DNA from: Anthoceros angustus
Lineage: Eukaryota > Plantae > Anthocerotophyta
Assembly (NCBI GenBank): GCA_010909165.1
Contig: VJWM01000282.1
Coordinates: 72,001-136,000, forward strand
DNA length: 64,000 nt
Direction: 5' to 3'
The position numbers were made by a program, and so were the translations under genes. The notes below the pieces were generated by a model. The model saw only the letters and a list, made by a program, of their open reading frames with translations, made no database searches and was not told the origin of the DNA. This document shows positions 10,233 to 23,448 of the stretch, in pieces (the stretch's first letter is position 1; every line of letters begins with the position of its first letter).

Positions 10233-13200
10233 TGTGGTTTGGGAAAACCCGGGGCACTCCCGAGGTCCTCCCACTATAGCGGCCACACTTATCCCACTGT
10301 CGCTTCGTACGTTGGGTTTCGTCCCATGAGACTTGTGTGAAAATTCGAGATCTTGTGGTCACCGATCGCTACCTGCAGAGACACAACTCTCAGCCTTCTC
10401 AACGAGCAAGGCGCCCTCTACTCTCCCTCTTACGTGTTGCTTGCCTTCAGAAAATGACCAATCCTCGTACAGCGACAGCACAATTGAGTCACAACCTGGC
10501 GAGCCTATCACGGGCGAGGAGACCCCCAGTCCACACCGCGATTTCGTCCCTACTTCTAAGACCACTCTTCTCCACTCGAGGCGCTCTTTTTCTTGCGGTT
10601 GGGATTGCGTCCCTTAGGCTCACATGGCCTTCCACTAACACCTACACCTCTAATCCTCTACTCATCTTCTCATCTCCTCATCCTCTTCCTCCTATTCTAA
10701 CCTCGATTCGGGCTTCTTGGTTTCGACTCGCCCTTACGGCTGGCTGGTCGCCTCCACCCGGCAAGTTCTTCCTTGGGCGGTTGCTATGAGTTTGACACAC
10801 GGCGAGAACCTCCGAGTCTTTCACTGTAGTCTACCCTCAAGCCGAGTTCTGGGCATTTGCCACACACCCAAAGCAAAGCAATTTCACGGCAACCATTCAC
10901 AAGGGGGAACTCGTTTAGGCACTTGCGGAGCAAGTCCTCCACCAACACTCAGACCACTTCCTCTCTACGAATGTGTTGGCTCACGGTGACACGAAATTCC
11001 TCTGTAATGGCAAAGGACTCGATGGGCGTGACATGATACTTTACTTTGTGAAATCCTCCTCCTCTTATAGGAGGCCTTCCACATACAACCTCCCTTGGGT
11101 GACCCTCTGCGGTCACCTTTTCCAATTCTATTATTTCCTACATGACATTTATATACGGCACCTAATCTATTATCCTTGGTAAATTCTATTCTAGAACTTC
11201 ACCTAAGTCATCCTTGAAGGATGTCGATTACATCACTATCCTTCCTATTCTTCTACCTAGCATTTATGGCCCTTGACCATATCTAGTCTTCACCTATTGG
11301 GGTGAGCGTGTCGTGGTGGATTGGCTCCCTCGCCCTCCTTTTGCTCTTGCCCTTCCCAGCCTTTGTCGCTTCCTAATGTGTGGGGCAAGTACAATCTTGC
11401 CCTTCCTCCATCTCCGGGGGGCGCGATTCTCCCCTCAATCGCGCTTCGCACCTGGCGCCCCTTCCCTCGTCGCCTGTCGCCCGTTCATCGCACCCTACCG
11501 CGGTGTCGGCGGACTACTGGGTGACCTGTAGTGGTCCCTATCTCCTTCTTCCTTCCTCCTTGGTGAGGTTTCTTGAGTCGGGATCTTCATTGCTCTTTGC
11601 CTTCTTTGGATTTGTCCATACCTATCATAGAGCACCCTTCATCCCCATTGCCCATCGGATTTCTAATCTCTCGGGCCCTTTTGCGTTGGACTCCTCCTGG
11701 TCCCGGTTCCTCCCTTACTCGCGGGGGAAATTCCTCACCCTTCCTTCCTCGGCAGGTCGGACCCGTCCTTAGTCTCCTCCGGTGGGGTTGTCTCTCCCAC
11801 CCCAGTTTCCTCGGGGTGTTGCGGACCCCGGCCTTCATCTCCATCCGGGCCTTCCGGCGACTCCCACAGCTCGTGCGGGCACCCTGCCTACAGTAGTCGG
11901 GACTGGCGTGTGTGGCATCCCCGCAGTAGTCGGACTACCGTGGTAGGGTGGTCACCCGTGGTGGGGTGACCCCTGAGGCGGGTGTCCCTCTCCTTGCTCT
12001 CCGCCGTCTCCCACCCACTTGCCAGCTCCTCCTCGTCTCACTCCTCAGTTCCTCGGAGTCCATTTGATGGCCTCATCAAAATCGGAGGCCTCTGCACTGT
12101 TGCGGCTCCCGATCATCATCATGAGGACCCAATGTCCTCCTCTTGGCCAAGTAAGACTTCGTTGTTGGCCTTCAAGATCTGTTGTGGGTGAGCCCCAAGC
12201 TATGATATTGCATTTGGAGATCATCAATCTCGGCCACTCTCCATCTTGCACCTACCTTGTAGGCATCTCTTGCTGGTTAATTCTCCCACCTTCACATGGA
12301 GGTTACATTCTCCTCCCTCACTTCCTTTATGGTTGGCCAATTTTGCACGAAGGGCATAATCGCCAAAATCTTCTTCCTCACTACCGGCATGCACCACCTT
12401 CTTGTGGCGCTCCTCCTCCAGACCTCCTTGTTCCGGTCCTAATTCTTTGGCAAGCCCTCCTCTCTCTTTTGCGCTCCGCTCCAGCTCTTGGTCTTGTGCT
12501 TCTCCGCGCTCCTCCAAATTATCGGGTCCTTCTCAACTCCTCTCCCATATCCCGGATTTGATAGCTTGAGTAGCCATCACACACTCATGCGTCACTTCTT
12601 TGGATTTTCTCCCTTCCTAGTGCCTCGTTTTCTTCCTTTCTTGCTCTAATTGGGCAAAATGCTCTTCGCCTTTTGCCTCCAAGAATCCTTTTGGGTTGTT
12701 GCGAATGGCTCTTTCTTGAGTGACAACTTCCCTCGGGGCTTCTCCGCGCGTTCCAGGTCGGGGAGCTTCTCCTGACCTTTTCCTTGGCTGCCTTTTCATC
12801 GGACTCCATGGCCAATTGCCACCTTTCTTCCCCATGTCATTTCACTTCCTCTTGGCATGCCCACAAGGAGGCTGCTAGGTCCCTAGCCCCTTCAAATCCA
12901 CGGTGAGTGCTTCACAAGCACCCAGCAATTCTCCTAGGGGTCCTAATTCCACCCCTCTCTTCTTCAAATTTCCAGCTCTCACACTTTCGGGCCATCGGCC
13001 GGCGGGTCCCCTTCTCGCTCCATCCGCTCTCCCACAGTGCGATGGTGGCCGGCGCCTCGCGCGCACCTGTTCCTTCCCTTCCCTTCCCTTGCTGGGCGTG
13101 GTGCACGGCGGTGGGTGCTCCCCCCAGTGGTTGCCTACCTACCATGGTGGTGCCTACCGTGGTGCTACCACCCCAGGTGGGCGCCTCCCTAAGGGTGAGG

Positions 13201-15020
13201 CCGAGTGCCTCTCGTAGGCACAAGGAGATGGTGGGGACTCCCCACCCTCGGGGTCACACTCAGTGGTCCTCTCTCATAGACTACCACCATCCGGCCTTCC
13301 TTGCTTCTTGTTCTTCTCCTTGCTCTGTGGGAAAGATTCCCACTCGGCAACTTTGTTGCCTCCATCTTCCTCCTCTTGCTTCTAGCATGCTTGTGGAGGT
13401 CGACCTCCCCGTCTTCAATGCAAAGGCAAGGCCTTTCCAACCTCGGTGGAGTGGATGACCTCAAAGGGATGCCATGCATCTTCAAGCTCCTTGCTTGTGA
13501 AGTCCCTCGGTTTCCACAAATGCACCAAATAGGTGCTAAGGTAGCAGCCTTGGCCCTTCCTCATCCGAATTTGGCTTGAGGAGCTTCTCGGTGGTGGATG
13601 TAGGCCTCATACATGATAGTCCCCAATCGGCTTGGCTCCCATGGAAATCTTCCACAAAAGTTGGTCTTTGAAATAAGAGGTCGTTGGTAATTACCAACAA
13701 TCTTTGCGAAGAGCCTCCACTTGACTCCTTGATGCTCTCGGTCTTCCGACCATTCTTGGCGTGGGCCTTTTCACTCCTCCATCCATCATGTCGAGAACTC
13801 TGCGGGATGTCGGGAGGGCATCCTCTTCCCTCCATTCCTTTCGAGGCAATTCGAGCTCTTCCTCCCGGTCTTCACAGATGCTCCTTACGGTCCAGCAGTG
13901 AGGATCCGTCTAGCATTCCTTCCGTAGCGGCGGCGCTTCCGATTGATGGAGGTTGATGTAACACTCCTCAATCAATTCCAAATTGGTGTAGGCCCATTGG
14001 CCATCCTATGGATGTTCTCCTCCTCGCCTTGCGAAAATCAACCAAATCTCGGGGTTGAGCTGCCCAAAGCAAGTGAATTGGGGCATCACCTCACCTCCCC
14101 CTGCTCGCTTCTTTCCTTCCTCCTCGCGAGGAAGGTGGCCTTCCTTCCTTTCGCTCGAGGCATGGTGTTTTCCTCAAGTGCAAAGGAAGAGACTCTCCAA
14201 TTTGAGCAAACACCTCAGCACCTCTTCTCCTTCTCTGAGCAACCCCGACTCACACGTTAGGATCCCCCTCTCCCTTTCTTCTTCTCCTCCTCCTTGAGGC
14301 GCCCTCTTCACTCTCTCTCGCCTCTCCCTCTGCTCACCCTTCTCCAACTCTTCCTTCCGGTGTCTTCAGCTCTTGTGCTTCCGCTCCAGGCCTCTCCTCC
14401 ACCTCTTTCTCCTTCCTTTCTTCGGTCTCTGAGGGCTCCTCCTTGGTGCGCCGCTCCTTCTCGCCGCTTCTTCCTCTGGCGGCGATGGCGGCTTCCCTTC
14501 GCTTACGCTCCGACTCGATCCTCTTGGGTTGCGCTCGAAGAAGTTGGGCCCAAAGCGCACTTTGCCCTTTGGATGGCGCCACAGGGCACAACCCTAGATT
14601 GGTTCATCATTCCAAAATCCTAATTCTATAATACCTACCTTTCCTACTACCCTAATTAATTCTAATTACTCTATATATTTTCCCTATTGGTGAGCATATA
14701 TAGTGGATATCCCTCTATTCTAATTTCCTTTTTAGCGAGATTGTCGACCTACGCGGTAGTACCGCGTGCTCCTTTTCTCGGACGGCGTGGTGTGGCGACC
14801 CTGGTAGTGACCTACCAACCTTCGGACGCCCTCACCGCCTCAAATGCGGGGTCATTTGACCCGTTCTTCTTCAAATATCCTTCCTAACAATATCCTACTC
14901 GACTTCAAGATTCTCGAGAAGTTTTCTTGGCATGCTCCTCTTCAATCGTTCTTAGCCAAAAAATCAAACTTGTTGTCTGGCAGATTTAGATTTGGTTGCC
15001 CAAACTTTCTACGTTCCACA
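10233..15020. mobile_element. Element A copy 1: 4788-bp TG...CA unit (giant solo LTR or non-autonomous LTR-derived element)
   Basis: Starts TGTGG and ends GTTCCACA, with flanks AAGGG (10228-10232) and AAGGA. It splits the RT peptide NDTWELVP|LPKDRK. No internal terminal direct repeats were seen. Confidence 0.85.
12076..14163 (-). pseudogene. Element A internal ORF (~700 codons, frameshifted), N-terminal globular domain plus C-terminal coiled coil
   Basis: ATG CCT CGA at 14163 and stop after CRGLRF at ~12076. The homologous start and stop recur in copies 2 and 5, and the start in copy 4. Confidence 0.65.
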
Positions 15021-17047
15021 AAGGACCCACAGTTCCCAAGTATCGTTCTTTATCGAGGAATCGTACTAAATCATGATGGAAGGGATCAGCTCAATGCTCC
15101 TTGTCAGCTCTGATAACCTCTGTGTATGTCTGTGGGTTACGGTTTTAATGTAAGGAGGGCTATCGGCCAGAAAGGCTTAGGTTGTGGAAGGGTAACCCAG
15201 CTACGGGACGTCTGAAATCAATGGAAGAATAAGGGGGTTCTACCCTTCTTGCTTTGAGGTTCCTAATCTGGCCGAGGATATGACGCTCTACATGTGGCTT
15301 TCGGCCAACAAGTTTGTCGACAACTTTGTGGAAGTGACCGGGGCGAGGCCAGACGTAGTTTTTCATGTAAAGTGCGAATCGGTAGGAATGAAGCAGGAAA
15401 GATTATCTTCGACTAAATCATGATCTACCTCATCCTCTGCACAGGAAGATCCCGAACTTCGACTGTAACATCATCAATGTCGGAAGGAGGTAGATAAGCA
15501 TCCATCGTGGCGGTGGGGTACATGAGGCATTTGGGCGAGATCTTGCAGGGGTTACTGTGCGAGTTACCGCACGCGGCTCGCGGATCTTACGATAGGACCA
15601 TAATCCTAGAATGTCATCTTGGAAACTCTGTAGAATCGTCCAGATCTGTGAGGTCCACATGGGTGACAGTCTCTTGATTGTGTGACAGATGATCAAAATA
15701 TGGCAAACCCATGGGACACACAAGCTCCTTGAAGGTCACACTCGGCAAACAATCTTGTGTCAGATGAATGTGGATCCAAGTGGATCCAGCAACATGGGCT
15801 TTGGCCTCTTCACCCATATCCACAAAGATAAGTGGGCGAGCTCTGTCTTCTAATTTCCTTCTCTCTCTCATGAGGATGTGTCGTCTGTTGGAGAATCGAA
15901 GACAGTAAATTAAGCAATTTGGGCTTCTGCCAAATAACTTCAAGCGGGGTCTTCCATCCTTTGCGCTCGTGAGGAAATGTTAAGAATGTAATTCTTTGTA
16001 ACTCTGTTTGCCGATATACTTTGCTCGCCACGACCATTCTAGCATGCTCCTTGTCATGCCCAGCAGCGTCTGATTATAGCATTCGGCAACACCGTTCTGC
16101 TGCTGGGTATAAGGCACAATAAGCTGGCGTACAACACCATTGTCCAGCAAGAACTGGTTGAAGTAAGCATGTGTAAATTCTGTGCCATTGTCAGTTCGCA
16201 ACTGTTGGAGCAAGCATCCTGTTTGCCTCTGTGCCATGACTAGCCATTCCTGGAAGACCTCAAAGGTATCGGACTTTAAACGGATGGGGTAGGTCCAGGA
16301 GTATCTGCTAAAGTCATCAGTGATGGTAAGATAGTACAACGCACCACCAAGGGAAGGAACATGGATCTTGCCTGAAATATCTGCATGTACTAGTTCTAGT
16401 ATACTGCGATGCGATGGAGCAAGCTGACATGAAATGGAACCTCTTTACTGTTTGGCTATAACACATGCATCGCAAAGTGGCAGGTCTTTGAAACATTTAC
16501 GTAGGGGCTCTCTATAGCAACTTAGGTTCGACATTTTTATCAACTTATCACGATTAGCATGACCTAATCTAGCATGCCATAGACTAGCCTGGGCAGATTG
16601 TGACGACTGGACAGCATGCACGGACTCAGGAGGTATGCAGGTAAGATCAAGCTGGTACAAATCATGAACAAGATGTCCTTCGCGTGACTAGACTATCCCT
16701 CCTCTCTTCTTAAGCTCATGACTAGTAGAAGTGAAGATAAGGTCGTATTAGCGCAAGGACATCGGTGGCTAGCAGAAAGTAGGTGTTTGGCCATGAGTGG
16801 AGCGTGCGAGGACATTATCAAGGTGGAGAGACGATTGCCATTATGCAATCTAAAACGGCATGTGCCTGAGCCTGCAATCTAAAGACACATGCGTGTAAGT
16901 TCGTCCCCAACAACACCTTTGTCGGATGTGGTGAAGGCTGGTGACTAAGCAAATTCTTTGTGCGCCGTTAGATGTGGGAGGTGTGCCGGAATCTAAAAGT
17001 ACCATCACAGTGGGAAGGCAGAAGGCGAAGAAGATGCAAAACAAAGC
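15021..17047 (-). pseudogene. pol: Copia-1 protease, GAG-pre-integrase, integrase and linker (unit 1)
   Basis: LDSG (PR), SLWHARLGHAN, ORF 15980-16339 YYLTITDDFSRYSW...LRTDNGTEF...PYTQQQNGVAE, KLEDRARPLIFV, and DSLIKNDTWEL at the RT start. Confidence 0.95.
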
Positions 17048-17557
17048 TAATCAGGACTCCGGGGCAGGTATGATTGGTTGAAGATGAGTTCCTCGTCGTC
17101 GTCGTCAGTTTGGTACACTCTGCAATTCTTGGTAGGGCGGCGATGCGTGGCGTGAGCAGAGACAGCGTCGAGCTCTGGGTGGGCGTTGGGGCCACGTGAT
17201 TCAAGCTCTTCACCACGGCCTTGTGGAGCCGTGCGTGGGCCAGATCTAGATGAGGTAGTATGTGGGCGCCCAGAAGCACGAGCCTCGGCTTCTCCTACGG
17301 TTGGCGATCTGCGTTCCTTGACTGCGGCATGTCGATGCTCTCTGGACCGACATAGACTTTCTAGTACAGCCCAATTTCTCTTATGCTAACCATCCTGTGC
17401 AGGTGATGGAGTAGGAGATTCAACATAGCTCGGAGTGCAATCTGGATGCACTCTAAATTGCGTTGAGAACCCTATTTCATCAGATGTACAGTATGCAACA
17501 TAGAGATTAGATTAGAATGAATCTAAATAGAGAGCAGCATGGATCATAGAGCCTAGT

Positions 17558-17742
17558 GCTCTGATACCATGTGAATAAAGCGGAAGCTTGCTTACAAAAC
17601 AAAAAGTTGTAAACAAAATGAATTGATTAAATTACAAAACTTGTATGTGTTTAAATACTTATCCAAAGTGACTATTCGTTTAAACCTAAGACATATCAGG
17701 TATAAACCAGTTAATCTGTGTTAGGGTAAATAACCCTTAACA
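17558..17742 (-). repeat. Element B PBS (17558-17569) and LTR copy 2 (17570-17742)
   Basis: GCTCTGATACCA followed by TGTGAATAAAGC...CCCTTAACA, with the same RT junction CTGGTC as copy 1. Confidence 0.9.
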
Positions 17743-18484
17743 CTGGTCAAGTGATAGCTTCATGCCTGCAACTCCTGGAGTGGAGACAGGCTTGGCAGTG
17801 TCCAGATGGAATCGATGCAAAACCTCTGCAATATACTTGGCTTGATGAAGCATAAGAAGAGTATCATCAAGATGGCGCACAAGTTGAACTCCGAGAACGA
17901 AGGTGAGTGCCCCAATATCCTTCATATCGAATTTTTGGTGCAACATGTCTTTGACCCATTATAACAAACCCGGATTGTTTGATGCGAGGATGGCATAGTC
18001 AACATATAAAGCGAGAACGACGAATTTACCATCCTGGGAGTAGAAATATACGTTTGCATCACCAGGATTCTGAATGCAGCCAATAGATTTAAGGTACTTA
18101 TCAATGGTCTTATACCATTCCCGAGCTGACTGCTTCAAACCGTATATGGTCTTCTTGAGATGACAGACCCAATCCGGGTGCTCGGGGTCAACAAAACCTT
18201 CGGGCTGTGACATATAGATATCCTCTTCCAGTTCACCATACAGGAAGGCAGTACATACATCCATCTGCTGGAGATCCCAGGCATTGGCAGTAGCAAGAGC
18301 AAGGATCATGCGGATGGACTGAGTTTTTACAACAGGGCTGAAAGTTTCAGTGAAATCTATTCCAGGAACCTGGGTAAAACCCATGGCAACAAGCCGAGAC
18401 TTATATCTGGCAATCGTGCCCTGGGCATTCAACTTATGCTTGAAGACCCATTTACGACACAACCTTCCTATCCTTGGGCAAGGG
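17743..18484 (-). pseudogene. pol: Copia-1 RT segment (unit 2)
   Basis: KWVFKHK...QMDVCTAFLYGELEEDIYMSQPEGFVDPEHPDWVCHLKKTIYGLKQSAREWY...ALYVDY, then KFDMKDIGALTFVLG...KLSLDQ. Confidence 0.97.
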
Positions 18485-21400
18485 TGTGGTTTGGGAAAAC
18501 CGGGGCACTCCAGGGTCCTCCCACTATAAGCGCCACACTTATCCAGCCAAATGCGTTGGGTTTCGTCCCATGAGACTTGTGTGAAAGTTCGAGGCCTTGT
18601 GGTCATCGCTACTGAGACACAACTTCTCGACCTTCTCAGCGCAAGGCGCCCTCTACTCTCCCTCTTGGCACCGCTTGCCTTTGCTTGAAAATCGCCAATC
18701 CTCGACCTACAGCGACACAAAACAATTAGGTCACCTTGGCGAGGAGCCTATCAGGCGCCGGGGACCCCCAGTCCACACAGCGATTTCGTCCCTACTTCTA
18801 AGACCACTCTTCTCTCCACTCGGGGCGCTCTTTTACTTGCATTTGGGATTCGTCCCTTAGGCTCTGCACGTGGCCTTCCACTAACACCTACACCTCTAAT
18901 CCTCTACTCATCTTCTCATCTCCTCATCCTCTTCCTCCTATTCTAACCTCGATTCGGGCTTCTTGGTTTCGACTCGCCCTTACGGCTGGCACAGGGTCGC
19001 CTCCACCCGGCAAGTTCTTCCTTGGGCGGTTGCTATGAGTTTGACACAGACGGAGAACCTCCGAGTCTTTCCACAGTCTACCCTCAAGCCGAGTTCTGCA
19101 GGCATTTGCCACACACCCAAAGCAAAGCAATTTCACAACCATTCACAAGGGAGCAACTCGTTTAGGCACTTGCAGGAGCAAGTCCTCCACCAACACTCAC
19201 CACCGACTTCCTCTCTACCCGACTGCGTTGGCTCCACGGCCCGGCACGAAATTCCTCTGTAATGGCAAAGGACTCGATGGCGTGGGCGCAAGACATGATA
19301 CTTTACTTTGTGAAATCCTCCTCCTCTTATAGGAGGCCTTCCACATACAACCTCCCTTGGGTGACCCTCTGCGGTCACCTTTTCCAATATTCTATTATTT
19401 CCTACACTTGACATTTAATGGCACCTAAATCTATTATAATCCTTGGTAAATTCTATTCTAGCAACTTCACCTAAGTCATCCTTAAGGATGTCGGTCTACA
19501 TCACTGTCCTTCCTATTCTTCTACCTAGCATTTATGGTCCCTTGACCATTCTAGTCTTCACCTATTTGGGTGGTGACGTCGTGGTGGATTGGCTCCCTCG
19601 CCCTCCTTTTGCTCTTGCCTTCCCGGCCTTTGTCGCTTCCTAATGTGTGGGGCAAGTACAATCTTCCTTCCTCCATCTCGCAGGCGCAGATTCCTGCCCT
19701 CCGGCAATCGCGCCCCTCCCGCACCTGGCGCCCTTTTCTCCCCTCGTGGCCGCGCCACACCTACGCGGTGTCGGCGGACTACGGGTGACGACTTCTGGTA
19801 GTCGGTCCCTATCTCCTTCTTCTTCCTCCTCCGCGGTGAGGGTTTCTTGGTCAAGATCTTCCATTGCTCTTTGCCTTCTGTTTGATTTGTCCATACCTAT
19901 CATAGAGCACCCTTCATCCCCATTGCCCCACCATCGGATCTTCTAATCTCTCGGGCCCTTTTTGGACTCCTCCTCGGGTCCGGTTCCTCCCCTCGTGGGA
20001 TAGTTCCTCACCCTTCCTTCCTCCGTGGTCGGACCCGTCCTTAGTCTCCTCCGGTGGGGTTGTCTCTCCACCACCCAGTTCCTCTGGGGTATGTTGCGGA
20101 CCCCTTTTCATCTTGAGGCTTCTCGGCGACTCCCAACAGCTCGTGCCCGGGCCCTTGCCCTAGTGGCGGATCTGGGGCGTGTGTGGTCATCCCCCGGTGG
20201 TCAGCGGACTACCGTGGTGGGGTGGTCACCCCGTGGTAGGGTGACCCCTGAGGCGGGTGTCCCTCTCCTTGCTCTCGCGCCGTCTCCACCCACTCGGCTC
20301 CTCTCTCCGACTCCTCAGTTCCTCGGAGTCCATTTCGTGATGGCCTCATCAAAATCGGAGGCCTCTGCACTGTTGCGGCTCCTTGTCATCATCATGAGGA
20401 CCCAATGTCCTCCTCTTGGCCAAGCAAGACCGTTGTTGGCCTTCGATCTGTTGTGGAGGTGAGCCCCAAGTTGTGATGCATTTGGAGATCATCAATCTCA
20501 GTGGGCCACTCTCCATCTTCACACCTACCCTTGTAGGCATCTCTTGAGGTGGTCAATTCTCCCACCTTCACATGGAGGTTACATTCTCCTCCCTCACTTC
20601 CTTTTTGGTTGGCCAATTTTGAAGGGCATAATCAAAATGCTTCCTCACCACCGGCATCCTGCACCACCTTCTTGTGGCGCTCCTCCTCGGACCTCCTTTG
20701 TTCCAGTCCTAATTCTTGGCAAGCCCCTCCTTCTCGCTTGCCAAGCATTCTTCGCTCGGCTCCAATTCTTGGTCTTGTTCTCAGCTCCTCCTCCAAATTA
20801 TGGGTCCTTCTCAACTTCCTCTCCCATGTCCGGATTTGATGGCTTTAGCCATCACACTCATGTCGGCCACTTCTTTGGAGTTGCTTCTCCTTCCTAGTGC
20901 CTCGGCCCTTCCTTTCTTGCTCTAATTGGGCAAAATGCTCTTCGCCTTTTGCCTCCAATCCTTTTGGGTTGTTGCGAATGGCTCTTTCTTGACTGTGACA
21001 ACTTCCCTCAGGACCTTTTTATGTTCTAAGTCGTGTGGAGCTTCTCCTGACCTTTTCAACTTGGCTGCCTTTTCATCGGACTCCATGGCCTCCAATTGCC
21101 ACTTGGTCCTGCCTTTCTCCGGCCATGTCTTGAGGTTTCACTTCCTCTTGGCATGCCCACAAGGAGGCTGCTAGGTCCCTAGCCCCTTCAAATCCGGTGA
21201 GTGCTTCACAAGCACCCAGCAATTCTCCTAGGGTCCTAATTCCACCCCTCTGTCTTCTTCTTGGAAATTTCCAGCTCTCCCGCACTCGGGCCATCCCGGC
21301 CTTGGTCCCCCTCAGCTCCATCCGCTCTCCCAGGAGTGGGAGTGGTGCGGCGCGGCGCCTCATGTTCTCCTTCCTTCCCACCGCGTGGCTGCTGCTCGTG

Positions 21401-23448
21401 GGGTGCCCACCGTGAGGTGCTCCTCTGTGATGGTTGCCTACCTACCATGGTGGTGCCTACCTACCATGGTGGCGCCTGCCACCCTTGGGTGGCGCCTCCC
21501 TCGGTAGGGTGCGGGGTGCCTCTCTAGGCACAAGGAGATGGTGGGGACTCCCCCACTCTCGGGATCACCTCACAGTGGTCCTTCTCTCATAGACCACCAT
21601 TCGGCCTTCCTCGGCGGTTCTTGTTCTTCTCCCTTGCTCTGTGGGGAAAGATTCCCACTCCAACTTGTTGCCTCCACATCTTCTCCTCTTGCTTCTAGCA
21701 TGCTTGTGGAGTCGACCTCCCAGTCTTCCTTAATGCAAAGGCAAGGCCTTTCCAACCTTGGGCTGGAGGTGGATGACCTCAAAGGATGCCATGCATCTTC
21801 AAGCTCCTTGCTTGAGAAGTCCCTCGGTTTCCACAAATGCACCAAATAGGTGCTAAGGTAGAGGCCTTGGCCCTTCCTCATCCAATTTGGCTTGAGGAGC
21901 TTCTCGGTGGTGGATGTAGGCCTCATACATGATAGTCCCCAATCCGGCTTGGCTCCCATGGAAATCTTCCACAAAATTGGAGGAAGTTGGTGAAATAAGA
22001 GTCGTTGGTAATTACCAACCCCAGCACAATCTTTTGCGAAAGCCTCCACTTGACTCCTTGATGCTCTCGGTCTTCCGATTCTTGGCGTGGGCCTTCACTC
22101 CTCCATCCATCATGTCGAGGAACTCTGCGGGATATCGGAGGCATCCTCTTCCCTCCATTTGACCTTTCGAGCAGATTCGAGCTCTCTTCCTCCGGTCTCC
22201 ATACACACAGAATGCTCCTTACGGTCCGGCGGGGATCCGTTCGAGCATTCCTCGTGTAGCGGCAGGCTGCCTCGATTGATGGAGGTTGATGTAACACTCC
22301 TCAATCAATTCCAAATTGGTGTAGGCCCATTGGCGGCCATACACCCATCTAGTTGGATGTTCTCCTCCTCGCCTTGCCGAAAATCAACAAATCCACGGGG
22401 TTGAGCTGCCCGGCAAAGCAAGTGAATTGGGGCATCTCGACCTCACCCCTCACTGGCGCAGCCCCTGCTCTTCTTCCTTTCCTCCTCGCGAGGAAGAGCC
22501 CCTTGGCGGTGGCTCCTTCCCTTGCCTTCCTCCTCGAGGCATGGTGTTTTCCTCTTCAAGGAAGAGATTACTTCCCAATTTCTCAACCTCCTTCTCCCAA
22601 CTTCTCCTTCTGTCAGCTGAAACACCACACACGTTAGTCAGCGCTCCATTGCCAATTCTTCTCGCGCCTCCTTCAGGCGTCTTGATCTCTCTCCTCTCTC
22701 GCCTCAATTGCTCACCTCGGTGCTCCTTCCAACTTGCCTTCCTCGTGTCTCCGCTCTTCCTTCTTCAGCGCTCCGGAGCGCTCTCCTCACCTCTTCCTTC
22801 CTTTTCTTCCACTTCCTGCGTTCTTCCTCCTTCGCTCTCTCCTTCAGCGCGCCTTCCTTCCCTTGCTGGCGGCGGCGATGGCGATGGCGCTTCCTCCTTT
22901 CTTGCGCTTACGCTCCACGGCTCGATCTCTCTTCTCTTTCGAAGAGAAGTTGGCGCTTAAAACCACTTTGCCCTCCTTGGACGCCACGGAGGTTCACAAC
23001 CCTAGATTGGGTTCATCATTCCAAAATCCTAATTCTATCTAATTACCTATTTTCCTATTACTACCTCTAATTAATTCTAATTATCTATTTATATTTTCCC
23101 TATTGGTGAGCATATATAGTGGATATCCTCTATTCTAATTTCCTTTGGCGAGATTCGTCAACCTACGTGATGATCGCGACTTACGCGGTGATGCTTCCTT
23201 TTCTCGACCTACCGGTGGTGGCGACCCTCGGTGATGCGCCGACCCCTTTGCCCTCGCCCTCGTGCGGGGTCGTTTTGACCCGTTCTTCTTCTGGGATATC
23301 CTCTTCTTCCTAACAATATCCTACAACTCCGACTTCAAGATTCTCGAGAAAATTTCTTGGCATGCTCCTCTTCAATCGTTCTAGCCAAAAAAAATCAAAC
23401 TTGTTTGTCCTTTGGCGATTTGAACTGTTGCCCAAACTTCGTTCCACA
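18485..23448. mobile_element. Element A copy 2 (4964 bp) with perfect AAGGG TSD
   Basis: AAGGG|TGTGGTTTGGG...GTTCCACA|AAGGG (18480-18484 and 23449-23453). Confidence 0.9.
20349..22542 (-). pseudogene. Element A internal ORF, copy 2
   Basis: Pieces in the ORF track (21923-22297, 21570-22049, 21073-21381, 20632-20814, 20349-20540) join into one colinear peptide. Confidence 0.65.

Larger units (their letters stand above)
8828..17047. repeat. 8.2-kb tandem duplication, unit 1
   Basis: Colinear with 17048-25334: B internal start, PBS, LTR, RT, element A, INT, PR. Insertion junctions are identical in both units. Confidence 0.9.
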
